The position numbers and the translations under genes were made by a program. A model generated the notes under the pieces. That model was not told the DNA's origin, searched no databases, and worked only from the letters and a program-made list of their open reading frames with translations. DNA of 32,000 nucleotides from Desulfotalea psychrophila LSv54 (GTDB lineage: Bacteria > Desulfobacterota > Desulfobulbia > Desulfobulbales > Desulfocapsaceae): contig NC_006138.1 in the NCBI RefSeq assembly GCF_000025945.1, positions 390,001-422,000 of the forward strand, in the 5' to 3' direction. Shown here piece by piece: positions 16,274-26,480 of this stretch; position 1 is the first letter of the stretch; each line of letters begins with the position of its first letter.

Positions 16274-17947
16274 ATGAAAAAAAAAAATAAGTTCAAGCAT
16301 AAGATCCCACAATCGCCCTCCTCTTTTCAACTCTCAACAGGACCCTTTTTATTTCTCTTTAGCATCGTTATTATCTTTATCCTCTTTGCAATCTCAACCC
16401 GAGACAACATCCATCGAGCCCAAAATTTTATGAAATCCTCACTGCTCAATCAGGGGGGAATTATCATCTCATCCATTGAAGCAATGAATGCTGATGCCCT
16501 GGACAGGCCTGAATACTTTAATAATTTTATCTCAGAAATTTCTCAAAACGATGAGATCCTCTTTATCGCCATGGAACCAAAGGGCCTTATCATCGATAAG
16601 GGGAGAGGCCTTTATAATAAATTCAGAGTTCATCTCACAAAAGAGAAGATAGAGTCAATGAGAGGTACAGGGCTGACAAGCCACAAAAAAGAACAGGGAC
16701 TTTTTGTGATTTCAAAATTAATTCAACAGGGATCTTCAGGAGCAGAGCAGATCATATCGGTGGGAATTTCCACCGGGACATTTGATCAGGCCCAAGAGGA
16801 GGATCGCCACCATGCATTTATTATGACGGCAATTTTGTTCCTGCTGGCACTATCGGGGATGTACTTCCTATTTCTCTACCAGAAAATGCGCTCCTTTAGT
16901 GCCACCATTGCAGATATGAAGCTCTATACGGATAGTATTCTTAAATCTGTACCGGTGAGTATCGTCACCATAGATAACCAAAACAGACTCATCTCTTACA
17001 ATCAATGCACGACAGACATCCTTGGCCTAAAGTCGGAGAATCTTGAAGGAATTGAAATAGATAAGATAATACCTGCCTACTCCAGCCATCTGAATTCAAC
17101 GAATCAGCTCACAAATGAAATAGAGGCAGGAGATGGAGGCAAGGAGAAGAGATCATTAAGAATCAGCTGTTCACCACTCATTAGCCAAGGCCAGGTCAAT
17201 ATGGGCAAGGTTTTGGTTATTGAAAACATAAGCAAGTTTAAAAACATGGAGGCCCAGCTGGAGCTTTCCAGAAGAATGGCAGCCCTCGGCAAGATGGCTT
17301 CAGGAATTGCCCATGAAATTCGAAATCCCCTGGGGACCCTGCGGGGATTTGCCTATTTTTTCGGTAAATCAAACAATGCCAGCGAGGAGACAAAGGAATA
17401 TTCCCAACTAATGGTGGCTGAAATTGACCGATTAAACAGAATCGTCTCCGGCCTGCTGCAATTCTCCCGACCAAGAGAGCCGCAATTGCAGACCACATGC
17501 CTGTCTGAACTCCTAAAAAAGATTAAACTTTTACTGGAGATGGATTTTTCCACTGCCAAAATTAAAGTCTCCTGGCCAATGGATCAGGGAATTATAATCA
17601 ACGCCGATCCGGACTTAATCCTCCAGGTGCTCATGAATATTTTACGCAATAGTATCATCGCCACAGCAACTGGCGGTACGATAGATATTGAGTGTAGTGA
17701 AGACAATGACAGTGTTATTATCTCCATAGCAGACACCGGGTGCGGCATGTCAGAAAAAGAGAGAGAACAGATGTTCGATCCATTTTTCACCACCAGCAAA
17801 ACAGGCACGGGACTCGGTTTGGCTGTAAGCCATCAAATCATAGCGCAACATCGAGGTTTTTTTGAGGTTTCCACTGCTCAAAACAGGGGCACAAATATTC
17901 GTATCATCCTACCCAAAAAGCCAAATAATGAAGGGGCTGCTCAATGA
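16274..17947 (+). CDS. Membrane-bound PAS sensor histidine kinase (ZraS/AtoS-like)
   Basis: Track ORF starts at 16256; the ATG at 16274 follows GAGGCAAGAATC. Two TMs; PAS region SILKSVPVSIVTIDNQNRLISYN; H-box GIAHEIRNPLGTLRGF; ATP-binding motifs NILRNSIIA, DTGCGMS, GTGLGLAVSHQI. Confidence 0.93.
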   Translation: MKKKNKFKHKIPQSPSSFQLSTGPFLFLFSIVIIFILFAISTRDNIHRAQNFMKSSLLNQGGIIISSIEAMNADALDRPEYFNNFISEISQNDEILFIAMEPKGLIIDKGRGLYNKFRVHLTKEKIESMRGTGLTSHKKEQGLFVISKLIQQGSSGAEQIISVGISTGTFDQAQEEDRHHAFIMTAILFLLALSGMYFLFLYQKMRSFSATIADMKLYTDSILKSVPVSIVTIDNQNRLISYNQCTTDILGLKSENLEGIEIDKIIPAYSSHLNSTNQLTNEIEAGDGGKEKRSLRISCSPLISQGQVNMGKVLVIENISKFKNMEAQLELSRRMAALGKMASGIAHEIRNPLGTLRGFAYFFGKSNNASEETKEYSQLMVAEIDRLNRIVSGLLQFSRPREPQLQTTCLSELLKKIKLLLEMDFSTAKIKVSWPMDQGIIINADPDLILQVLMNILRNSIIATATGGTIDIECSEDNDSVIISIADTGCGMSEKEREQMFDPFFTTSKTGTGLGLAVSHQIIAQHRGFFEVSTAQNRGTNIRIILPKKPNNEGAAQ

Positions 17948-19275
17948 AAAAAATACTTCTGGTAGACGATGACAAGGGGCATAGAACCATGCTCAAGGTA
18001 AACCTCGGTGAACTCGGCTATCAGGTAATTACGGCAGGAGATGGCGATGAGGTTCTAGCCAAACTTACTAAAAACAAGATTGATCTCATCCTCCTTGATA
18101 TGAAGATGCCTCGCATCGATGGCCTCGCCACCCTCTCCCTGCTCTCCCAGCAGAACAACAGGATTCCCGTTATTGTCATTACCGCCTTTTCATCCATGGA
18201 AAATGCCATTGAGGCCATGAAGAAGGGTGCCTTTGACTATGTCACCAAACCGGTTGATATAGATAACTTGCATATTGCAATATCAAAGGCCCTGCATCAA
18301 AAGATATCTCCTCCTCTCTCTCCCGGCACAGAGCCTCAGGCCGACAGCAAGTTCCCTGAGATCATCGGGGAGAGTGCTCCCATGCAGGAACTTTTTTCCC
18401 AGATATCCCTCATTGCCCCCAGCGATGCAACCATCCTTCTCTCAGGAGAATCAGGCACGGGCAAGGAACTGGTGGCAACGGCAATACATAGGCACAGCAA
18501 GAGAAAAGAGGGGGCACTGATCCGGATTAACTGTGCTGCCCTGCATGAAAATTTACTTGAAAGCGAGCTCTTTGGTCACGAGCTGGGGGCCTTCACCGGA
18601 GCAGCAAAACAAAAAAAAGGCCTTTTCGAACGGGCGGACAAGGGCACCCTCTTTCTCGATGAAATTGGAGATATGAGCCTGACAACTCAGGTAAAGATAC
18701 TCCGGGTTTTACAGGAGGGCGAGTTTGAACGGGTAGGCGGAAATGACTCCATCAAGGTCAATGTGAGAATTATCGCCGCCAGCCATAGGAATTTAGAAAA
18801 ATTGATAGAAGAAGGCACCTTCCGCCAGGACCTCTTTTTTCGCCTCTCCGTTGTCCCTCTCCACCTACCTGCCCTACGAGAGAGACTGGTCGACATCCCC
18901 ATCCTGGCAAACTTCTTCCTCTCTCTCTACAACAAGAAAAACAGAAAGGATATCAAAGGATTCAGCCAGGAAGCATTGGATTTACTGATGGAATATCCCT
19001 GGCCCGGCAATATCAGAGAATTAGAAAACAGCATTGAACGTGGTGTCATCCTCTGTCTCGGTGAACAGATAACGGCCCACGAACTCCCGCCCCAGTTTTT
19101 CCGCAATCGCAGCCCGGGCGAGCTGAGCAGTCGAGACACCCTGCGAGACGTCGAGAAGAGGGCTATCCAACAGGCCTTGGCACGATCCGGCTTCAATAAG
19201 AGCGCCACGGCAAAGCAACTCGGCATTGCCCGGCAAACCTTGCTCAACAAGATAAGAGACTACGGGCTGGAATAG
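17944..19275 (+). CDS. NtrC-family sigma-54-dependent response regulator (ZraR/HydG-like)
   Basis: 443 aa; receiver VDDDKGHRTML...LILLDMKMPRIDG; AAA+ GESGTGKELVATAIHRHS, GAFTGA motif, GTLFLDEIGDM; C-terminal Fis-type HTH (AIQQALARSGFNKSATAKQLGIARQTLLNKI). ATGA overlap with the kinase gene. Confidence 0.96.
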   Translation: MKKILLVDDDKGHRTMLKVNLGELGYQVITAGDGDEVLAKLTKNKIDLILLDMKMPRIDGLATLSLLSQQNNRIPVIVITAFSSMENAIEAMKKGAFDYVTKPVDIDNLHIAISKALHQKISPPLSPGTEPQADSKFPEIIGESAPMQELFSQISLIAPSDATILLSGESGTGKELVATAIHRHSKRKEGALIRINCAALHENLLESELFGHELGAFTGAAKQKKGLFERADKGTLFLDEIGDMSLTTQVKILRVLQEGEFERVGGNDSIKVNVRIIAASHRNLEKLIEEGTFRQDLFFRLSVVPLHLPALRERLVDIPILANFFLSLYNKKNRKDIKGFSQEALDLLMEYPWPGNIRELENSIERGVILCLGEQITAHELPPQFFRNRSPGELSSRDTLRDVEKRAIQQALARSGFNKSATAKQLGIARQTLLNKIRDYGLE

Positions 19276-19597
19276 GGCCATCTCTTCCACCACCAAAACG
19301 GCCGAAGTGACCCAATCCAGCCATTCGCTCATGCCGGCCCAGACAATAGGATAGGGGACCAGCACGGCTTTTCCACAAAACAGGCTCTATGCAATAATAT
19401 ATGGAAACTCTCTTTAGAGACGAGTCTCAACAATACCCCTCCAGCCCCAACCCCGCAATCCATCAAGATTACCTATTAACGTCATCCACACTATATCAAA
19501 AAATGCGTGGCAACAGCCTGGCTTTTTGACTACCCTAGCGCCGATACTCAAACTACTCTTGACGCAATCAAGCGAGAACCCTTAAACAGGATAGAGA

Positions 19598-20590
19598 ATG
19601 AAAATAAAAAAATGGAGCCTGGCGCTGACACTGCTCGTTTTGCTCAGCACTAATGTCTTTGCAGCAGACGCCCTCAAGCAGAGCGGCAAAGGAATAAAGA
19701 TTTGGTTTGACACGGGAGGCCCCGTTGGCGGCAGCTATAATACCGTGGTGCAAAATGGGGCCCAACAGGCAGCGACTGATCTTGGCTGTGAGATTGAATT
19801 CATGTACTCCAACTGGAGTCCACAGAAGATGATCGAAAACCTAAAAAAGGCCATTGCCGCAGGGCCTGATGGTGTTGTAGTGATGGGACATCCGGGTGAT
19901 GATGCCTACGCGCCACTGATTAAAGAGGCCGAAGAGAAGGGGATAATAATTACCTCAGCCGATACTGAACTCCCTAAGTTGATGGCACAGTACCAGGCAG
20001 CAGGGTTTGGTTATGCGGGGGTAAGCAACTACGGGCGAGGCAAGGCCCTGGCCTCTGAGGCCATCAATCGTTTTGCCCTTAAAAAAGGAGACAGGGCCCT
20101 AGTCTGGGGCCTGCAGAGTCGCCCAACCCGTGGCCTCAGCTCCAGGGCTATTATCGAAACCCTTCAGGCTGCCGGTATTGAGGTAGACTATATGGAGATC
20201 AGCTCGGAGATCGATAAAGATGCCAGCCTCGGCACCTCGGTAATCGCCGCCTATCTCTCCTCTAATCCCGACTGCGACATTGTCTTTACCGACCATGGAG
20301 CGCTGACCGCTCAACAGGAAAACTTCTTTCGAGCAGCAGGCCTTGGCCCGGATGAGATCATCGGTGCCGGCTTCAGCCTCTCGCCTGCCACCGCAGCTGG
20401 CATTAAATCCGGTTATGTGGATCTTGTCGGTGATGGCCAGCCCTATCTCCAGGGCTATCTGCCCGTATTACAGATCGTTCTCACCAAGCGCTTCGGCTTT
20501 TCCGGACTTGAAGTCCAAACAGGCGGCGGCTTTATCCATAAAGGAAATATTGACCTGATAGAACCTCTTGCCAAGAAAGGGATACGTTAA
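19598..20590 (+). CDS. Sugar ABC transporter periplasmic substrate-binding protein (RbsB/peripla_BP_4-like)
   Basis: 330 aa; signal peptide MKIKKWSLALTLLVLLSTNVFAADA; GADGVVVMGHPGDDAYAPLIKEAEEKGIIITSADTE-type periplasmic-binding fold pattern. Confidence 0.87.
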   Translation: MKIKKWSLALTLLVLLSTNVFAADALKQSGKGIKIWFDTGGPVGGSYNTVVQNGAQQAATDLGCEIEFMYSNWSPQKMIENLKKAIAAGPDGVVVMGHPGDDAYAPLIKEAEEKGIIITSADTELPKLMAQYQAAGFGYAGVSNYGRGKALASEAINRFALKKGDRALVWGLQSRPTRGLSSRAIIETLQAAGIEVDYMEISSEIDKDASLGTSVIAAYLSSNPDCDIVFTDHGALTAQQENFFRAAGLGPDEIIGAGFSLSPATAAGIKSGYVDLVGDGQPYLQGYLPVLQIVLTKRFGFSGLEVQTGGGFIHKGNIDLIEPLAKKGIR

Positions 20591-20597
20591 TCTACAG

Positions 20598-21368
20598 ATG
20601 GATACCATACTCAAGGCCTCCGGGATCAATAAATCCTTTGGCCCCATACAGGCACTCGAAGGGGTTAACTTCTCTATCTATAGGGGAGAAGTTGTAGCCC
20701 TCATCGGTGATAATGGGGCAGGAAAATCCACCATTATCAAAATTCTCTCCGGCGTGCTCCGTCCGGATTCCGGCCGCCTACAGATAAACGGCCACGACAT
20801 CAACCTACGGCATCACTCCGTTATCAAAGCCCGGACCATGGGAGTTGAAACCGTCTACCAGGAACGATCTCTGGGAGAGAAGCAACCACTGTGGCGCAAT
20901 GTCTTTGTCGGTCGACACCTGCATAATGCCTTGGGTTTTATCCGGATACGAGAGGAGAAGGAAATTACCCTCTCCATGCTCAAAGAGAGTATTGGCCTCA
21001 AGGGTGTCGGTATCTCTGCCGACGCCCTGGTAGGTACACTCTCGGGTGGGGAGAGACAGGGTTTGGCCATTAGTCGGGCCATGCATTTCAACGCAGCCTT
21101 AACCATCCTCGACGAACCAACCACGGCCCTGGCAGTAAAAGAGGTGAGACGTGTCCTCGACTATATTCGCGCCATCCCCAAACAGGGGAAATCTGCCCTC
21201 TTTGTCTCCCATAACCTGCACCACATACATGAGATAGCAGATCGTTTTCTCTTTGTCAGCCATGGAAGCATTGTCCACCAGTGCAGAAAAAAAGAGATGT
21301 CTGTCTCTGAGCTCTTTGAAAAATTAGATCAAATTTCTGCCGCACGAGGCAAAAATGGAGAAGTTTAA
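20598..21368 (+). CDS. Sugar ABC transporter ATP-binding protein (single nucleotide-binding domain)
   Basis: Walker A GDNGAGKS, signature LSGGERQ, Walker B LTILDEPT, H-loop SHNL. Likely start MDTILKASG at 20598 (track starts 20568). Confidence 0.92.
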   Translation: MDTILKASGINKSFGPIQALEGVNFSIYRGEVVALIGDNGAGKSTIIKILSGVLRPDSGRLQINGHDINLRHHSVIKARTMGVETVYQERSLGEKQPLWRNVFVGRHLHNALGFIRIREEKEITLSMLKESIGLKGVGISADALVGTLSGGERQGLAISRAMHFNAALTILDEPTTALAVKEVRRVLDYIRAIPKQGKSALFVSHNLHHIHEIADRFLFVSHGSIVHQCRKKEMSVSELFEKLDQISAARGKNGEV

Positions 21369-22332
21369 CAGAATGAAAGCATACCTCGTCAGCTACCGTT
21401 TCCAGTTGGGTATTCTTAGCCTACTTCTTGCTCTTTTGGGTCTGTTTATGTACCTCAGCCCCCAGACATTTCTCCATCAACGGATCTACGTGGCCTTTAT
21501 GTCCACCATCCCCTTTCCCACCATCCTTGCCTTGGGGCTTACCCTCCTCATTATTGCCGGAGAGATGGACATGTCCTTTCCCTCGGTGATGGTCATCTCG
21601 GGTCTGGCCTTTTCCTCAGTCTTTCAGGCAACCTCAAGTCCGCTGCTCGGTTTTTTTGCCGCCCTTGGCACCGGAGCCTTCGCAGGGCTCTGCAATGGTC
21701 TCATTGTCGTAAAAATCGGGGTCCCCGCCATTATCGCCACCATCGGCACCCAGTTCTTCTGGCGAGGAGCGTCCACCCTGCTCTGTAACGGCCTTGCCCT
21801 CAACCTCACCGAGGTACGCCCTACTCTCTTCCATGATATAATGGTGGGCAGACTCTGGGGATGGCTTCCCATGCAAACCGTCTGGTGCCTTGCTCTGGCC
21901 ATCATGGTCTGGCTCCTGCTCAACCGCCATGTCTTTGGCGACAGTGTTCGCTTTATTGGCGATGACATTGGCACCGCAAAAATGATGGGGGTACAAACCG
22001 ATGGGGTACGGATTAGCCTCTTTATTTTCATGGGCCTGATAAGTGCTCTGGCATCGGTCATGGTCTGTCTGGAGATGGCCAACTGGTGGCCCACCCAAGG
22101 CGAGGGCTATATGCTCCTGGTCTTTGCCGCAGTCTTTCTGGGCGGAACCTCTGTTTTTGGCGGACAGGGCACCATTTTTGGCACCCTTATCGGGGCAATC
22201 ATTATCGGCATACTGGAGGCGGGCATCATCAGCGCCGGTCTTTCAGGCTACTGGACACGACTCATCCATGGCCTGGTAATCGTTATCTCTGTCTCTCTCT
22301 ACGCCATCGCCTTCAAGACTCGACGCACATAG
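21355..22332 (+). CDS. Sugar ABC transporter permease (RbsC-like)
   Basis: 325 aa hydrophobic protein; LTLLIIAGEMDMSFPSVMVISG and GTSVFGGQGTIFGTLIGAIIIGILEAGI motifs of BPD_transp_2 permeases. Confidence 0.92.
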   Translation: MEKFNRMKAYLVSYRFQLGILSLLLALLGLFMYLSPQTFLHQRIYVAFMSTIPFPTILALGLTLLIIAGEMDMSFPSVMVISGLAFSSVFQATSSPLLGFFAALGTGAFAGLCNGLIVVKIGVPAIIATIGTQFFWRGASTLLCNGLALNLTEVRPTLFHDIMVGRLWGWLPMQTVWCLALAIMVWLLLNRHVFGDSVRFIGDDIGTAKMMGVQTDGVRISLFIFMGLISALASVMVCLEMANWWPTQGEGYMLLVFAAVFLGGTSVFGGQGTIFGTLIGAIIIGILEAGIISAGLSGYWTRLIHGLVIVISVSLYAIAFKTRRT

Positions 22333-22489
22333 GTCCTGCCCTCTTTATGGCCTCAGCCCTCCTTTATGATTTGGCAAATTTATCCCTAGCCCATACTCTT
22401 ATGCTATACTGTTTGAAATGGTAACAAATGAGAACAGCACGCTCGACAGAAAAAAGGGCCGAAAGATCAAAATCTTATAGGGAGGGTGA

Positions 22490-22867
22490 ATGAACAATAT
22501 ACCGTACCACCACACAGCCAAAGAGATTAAGGATGAAATCAATAAACTGACGGACGATGCAAGTAACCAGGTTATAGAGGAGACTGCGCATCGCTTGGAG
22601 GGTCTGAACTATGCCCCCCCCATCACCACTCCCATGGAAAAATTTTTAAGAATTAACAAGGGTGGAATAATGGCAGAGATAGAGAGAATCCTTAACATGT
22701 CAGCTGAAGAGGCCTGCACCATAGTTCTGACCCAGCCGAGCAAATGTGAGGATATCAAGGTACAGACCATCTCCATCCTCTTCTATTATTACAAAGAGCT
22801 CCTCCTTCTGCGCGCAGGAGATGGCAAGACATGGGACGATATTGACGAAATGTATCTCTACGATTAA
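22490..22867 (+). CDS. Hypothetical protein
   Basis: 125 aa ORF with a good RBS (AGGGAGGGTGAATG); no family recognised. Confidence 0.6.
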   Translation: MNNIPYHHTAKEIKDEINKLTDDASNQVIEETAHRLEGLNYAPPITTPMEKFLRINKGGIMAEIERILNMSAEEACTIVLTQPSKCEDIKVQTISILFYYYKELLLLRAGDGKTWDDIDEMYLYD

Positions 22868-22914
22868 TCGCTGAAATCTGCGCTGGCCATTAGCGGCGCA
22901 GATCTGAGAGATGT

Positions 22915-23154
22915 TTACCCGCCAAAATATCGCCGAATGCCCCTGAAGAGATTAGAGGGCGCCTCAAAGATAGTCTGCAGCATACCTGTTGCCAAGACCC
23001 TTGGCTCATATGCCGCGCCATCACCCTTTACCCTGAAATCAGAGTAGAATTTTGTGCCACACTGTGGACACTTCATAAGCATTCCACCAATCTTGGTGGG
23101 AAAACGCAGCCGCTGTCCACAATCCGGACACTCTTTTATCATTGAATCCGCCAT
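22915..23154 (-). CDS. Small zinc-ribbon protein (MJ0042-like)
   Basis: 79 aa; KECPDCGQRLRFPTKIGGMLMKCPQCGTKF with two CPxCG knuckles. Confidence 0.75.
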   Translation of the reverse strand: MADSMIKECPDCGQRLRFPTKIGGMLMKCPQCGTKFYSDFRVKGDGAAYEPRVLATGMLQTIFEAPSNLFRGIRRYFGG

Positions 23155-23413
23155 AGCACTCCCCTACACCAGCCCAGACACCTAACTAGTTATATTGAAC
23201 AAAAGCAAAAACAGCAGACAGCAGTCAAACCACAAAAATGGCCCTGCCTGCGACAGATAAACCAAACAATATCAACATGTAATAGTACAAAACCACCAAA
23301 AACCAACTTCCCTCAAAAAAATAGCATTAATTACTCGCAACAGAGATAGAGAAGGAATATACTATATCTATGCTGGCGTATTTGTATCCAAAAATTTTAT
23401 ATGGAGAGTTGTT

Positions 23414-23899
23414 ATGAACATCATAAAGCCGATAGACTCTATTGTTGCCCCTATTGATTTTTCAAAAAATTCAGAATTTGTTGCCCAATCTGCTGCCTAT
23501 ATCGCTGGACAGTTTAATGCAGCCCTGCACTTTGTCTACGTTGTCCAGGAATTTGATTATAACGCAGGATTCTTTTCACCAGAAAAATCTGTTGCAGATC
23601 TGGAGACTGAGCTGTTTATAAGCGCAACGAAAAAAATGGAAGACTTCTACAATGTCAATCTCCCTCTCCTTAACAAGAATTGCAAAGAGATCACCACCAA
23701 GGTCTTAGCAGGTGATATCAGTGAACAGATCATCGGATACGCTTCGAGTTTAGAGACGGGAATGATCGTCATGGGTACCCACGGCTATAAGGGACTGGAA
23801 AAGATCATGTTTGGTAGTGTCGCCAACAAGGTTGTGCAAAACTCTCACTGCCCTGTCCTTACCGTCAATCCATATAAATGTAACGTCACCCCTAAATAG
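23414..23899 (+). CDS. Universal stress protein, UspA family
   Basis: 161 aa; IVAPIDFSKNSEFVAQSA at the N-terminus and MGTHGYKGLEKIMFGSVANKVVQNSHCPVLTV nucleotide-binding signature. Confidence 0.95.
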   Translation: MNIIKPIDSIVAPIDFSKNSEFVAQSAAYIAGQFNAALHFVYVVQEFDYNAGFFSPEKSVADLETELFISATKKMEDFYNVNLPLLNKNCKEITTKVLAGDISEQIIGYASSLETGMIVMGTHGYKGLEKIMFGSVANKVVQNSHCPVLTVNPYKCNVTPK

Positions 23900-23911
23900 A
23901 GAGCTCTCCCC

Positions 23912-23936
23912 GGCCAACCTTCCTACAAGGTTGGCC
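23912..23936. terminator. Strong intergenic hairpin between convergent genes
   Basis: GGCCAACCTT-CCTAC-AAGGTTGGCC, perfect 10 bp stem just after the UspA stop and before the end of the convergent TauE-like gene. Confidence 0.55.
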
Positions 23937-23945
23937 CCCCCACCT

Positions 23946-24734
23946 TTAGAAACTCCCCCACAACATCTTAAGCCCCACCACATAGAGAAGCATGGAAAAT
24001 ATTTTTTTCAGCTTGGCTACAGGCAGACTATGGGCCAGACGAGCGCCAAGAGGGGCTGTGCAAACAGAAGTGAGCACAATACCAGCAAGAGCCGTCAGGT
24101 GAACAAAGCCAAAGGTCCCGGCCGGCAAACCGCTCACCATCAGGCCATTAACTATATAACCGGCACTGCCCGCCAGGGCAATGGGCAGACCAATAGCCGC
24201 CGAAGTGCCAATGGCCTGATGCATGGCAATATTATTCCAAACCAAAAAGGGCACGGAGAGGGTGCCGCCACCAATACCTACCAGACTGGAAAAGGTGCCA
24301 ATGACAGAGCCGGCGCCAAAGATCCCCACCGTTCCCGGCAAATCACGGCTTGCATTTGGCCGTATACTGAGCAGCATCTGAGTTGCCACATAGAGCAGGA
24401 ATACCCCGAAAAAGACCTTTAAAAAGGTGGTGGAAAGCTGGGAGGCCACCCAGGCCCCGAAAAAAGTGCCCACCAAAATGCCCGGAGTAATCCGCCCAAC
24501 CACCGGCCAAAGCACAGCCCCACGTTTATGGTGGGCCCAGAGACTGGAGAGAGAGGTACAGATAATACTGGCAAGAGAGGTCCCCAGGGCTACATGCAGC
24601 AGATATTCAGGGGGTACCTGAGAGGCAAGGGCAAAGGTGAGCATAGGGACAATCACCAGGCCACCCCCTATTCCAAGAAGTCCGGCAAGAAGTCCCGCCA
24701 CTGCTCCAACCGCCATATACAGAAAAAAAATCAT
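23946..24734 (-). CDS. TauE/SafE-family sulfite/sulfonate exporter-like permease
   Basis: 262 aa; GLLAGLLGIGGGLVIVPML, VGIGGGTLSVPFLVW and GTSAAIGLPIALAGSAGYI repeats typical of TauE (DUF81). Confidence 0.9.
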   Translation of the reverse strand: MIFFLYMAVGAVAGLLAGLLGIGGGLVIVPMLTFALASQVPPEYLLHVALGTSLASIICTSLSSLWAHHKRGAVLWPVVGRITPGILVGTFFGAWVASQLSTTFLKVFFGVFLLYVATQMLLSIRPNASRDLPGTVGIFGAGSVIGTFSSLVGIGGGTLSVPFLVWNNIAMHQAIGTSAAIGLPIALAGSAGYIVNGLMVSGLPAGTFGFVHLTALAGIVLTSVCTAPLGARLAHSLPVAKLKKIFSMLLYVVGLKMLWGSF

Positions 24735-25057
24735 ATCAATTACCTTTTTTAAAACCTTCTTTTACCTAACAAACAAGACGCCAACCATCTGCACCAAACC
24801 ACAGGAACAACAGACAGAAGCCCCAGAGAAACCACCTCTACCTGCAATTCCCCCTTTTTGACTATGGGGCAGATCTATGCATAATAGACAGAGATAACAA
24901 ACATATTTTTTGTAGATAACAATACAGTCTGCTTCCACAGTAATATTTCACAGCTATTGTCGCAACTACTCCCTGCCAGAGCAGGCAAGGTCAATCTGCA
25001 TATCTCTGCAAAGCTACTTTGCTCAGATGCTATCCACGCACGGAAAAGGAGAAAAGA

Positions 25058-26443
25058 ATGCCCCTGCACAACAAGAGAAAGAACAACATCATGGATGATA
25101 TCTATGCATCATCTGATCTCTCCATTGTTCTTCCCAAATACAAGATGCCGCAAAAAGAGCTTGATCCCCGCCACGCCTACCAGATGGTTCACGACGAACT
25201 GATGCTGGATGGCAATGCCCGGCAAAACCTGGCGACCTTTTGCCAGACATGGGATGACCCGGAAGTTCACAGGCTGATGGACGAGTGTATCGATAAAAAC
25301 ATGATTGATAAGGATGAGTATCCTCAAACTGCAGAGATTGAATCCCGATGCGTGCACATTCTGGCCGATCTCTGGAATGCCCCGGATTCTGCCAACAGCT
25401 TGGGTTGCTCCACCACCGGTTCCAGTGAGGCGGCCATGCTCGGTGGACTGGCCCTAAAAAAACGCTGGAGCGAAAAGAGAAAGGCCGCCGGCAAGGGCAC
25501 AGACAGACCCAATATTGTCTGTGGCCCTGTCCAGATATGTTGGCATAAATTTGCCCGTTACTGGGATGTGGAACTACGAGAAGTCCCCTTAGAGGACCAA
25601 CTCTATATGACGGCGGAAGAGGCCGTAAAGCGTTGCGATGAAAACACCATCGGAGTCATACCCACCCTGGGAGTTACATTTACCTGTGTCTATGAGCCGG
25701 TAGAAGAGATTTGCAGGGCCCTTGATCAACTGCAAAAAGAGACCGGCCTCGACATCCCAGTCCATGTGGATGGGGCAAGCGGTGGATTTCTTGCTCCCTT
25801 TGTCGATCCCGATCTCAAATGGGACTTTCGCCTGAAACGGGTAAAGTCGATCAATGCCTCGGGTCATAAATTTGGGTTGGCACCACTCGGCGTAGGCTGG
25901 GTGCTCTGGCGAGACAAAGAGGAGCTCCCCGAGGACCTCATCTTCTGGGTCAACTATCTGGGAGGCAATATGCCCACCTTTGCCCTCAACTTCTCCCGCC
26001 CAGGAGGACAGATTATCGCCCAGTACTATAACTTCCTACGTCTTGGCCATGAGGGCTATCGCAAAATACACCAAGCCTGCTACAAAACAGCCCAATACCT
26101 CTCAAGCGAAGTCAAAAAACTCGGCCCATTTGAGATCATCTACGATGGCAGGGGAGGCATTCCCGCCATGAGCTTCTCCTTACAAGAGGGCGTTGCCCCG
26201 GGATTCAACCTCTTTGACCTATCGGATCGCATTAGGAGCCGTGGTTGGCAGATTGCGGCCTATAGCATGCCCGCCAATAGAGAGGATTTAGTGGTAATGC
26301 GCATCCTCGTCCGCCATGGTTTCAGCCGGGACTTAGCTGACCTACTCCTCAAAGACCTTCAGCACTGCCTGGAGTACTTCAAAAAAAATCCAGTTATTCA
26401 CCAGAGCAGTGAAGAGTTCTCTGGCAGTTTTAAGCACAGCTAG
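25058..26443 (+). CDS. gadB: Glutamate decarboxylase (PLP-dependent)
   Basis: [65 protein letters not shown] and the PLP-lysine region [20 protein letters not shown] 25058 has an AAGGAG RBS (track starts 25019). Confidence 0.95.
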   Translation: MPLHNKRKNNIMDDIYASSDLSIVLPKYKMPQKELDPRHAYQMVHDELMLDGNARQNLATFCQTWDDPEVHRLMDECIDKNMIDKDEYPQTAEIESRCVHILADLWNAPDSANSLGCSTTGSSEAAMLGGLALKKRWSEKRKAAGKGTDRPNIVCGPVQICWHKFARYWDVELREVPLEDQLYMTAEEAVKRCDENTIGVIPTLGVTFTCVYEPVEEICRALDQLQKETGLDIPVHVDGASGGFLAPFVDPDLKWDFRLKRVKSINASGHKFGLAPLGVGWVLWRDKEELPEDLIFWVNYLGGNMPTFALNFSRPGGQIIAQYYNFLRLGHEGYRKIHQACYKTAQYLSSEVKKLGPFEIIYDGRGGIPAMSFSLQEGVAPGFNLFDLSDRIRSRGWQIAAYSMPANREDLVVMRILVRHGFSRDLADLLLKDLQHCLEYFKKNPVIHQSSEEFSGSFKHS

Positions 26444-26480
26444 GAGCGACACAACCACAACCTACATAGGGAGAAACCAA

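Noticed and set aside
19021-19365. 114 aa minus ORF
   Set aside because: Antisense to the C-terminal region of the NtrC-type regulator, including its HTH.
21624-22098. Two long overlapping minus ORFs (156 and 154 aa)
   Set aside because: Antisense to the well-supported permease gene; composition typical of shadow ORFs.
23912-23936. Perfect hairpin considered as part of a mobile element end
   Set aside because: Single copy between convergent gene ends with no transposase nearby; best explained as a terminator.
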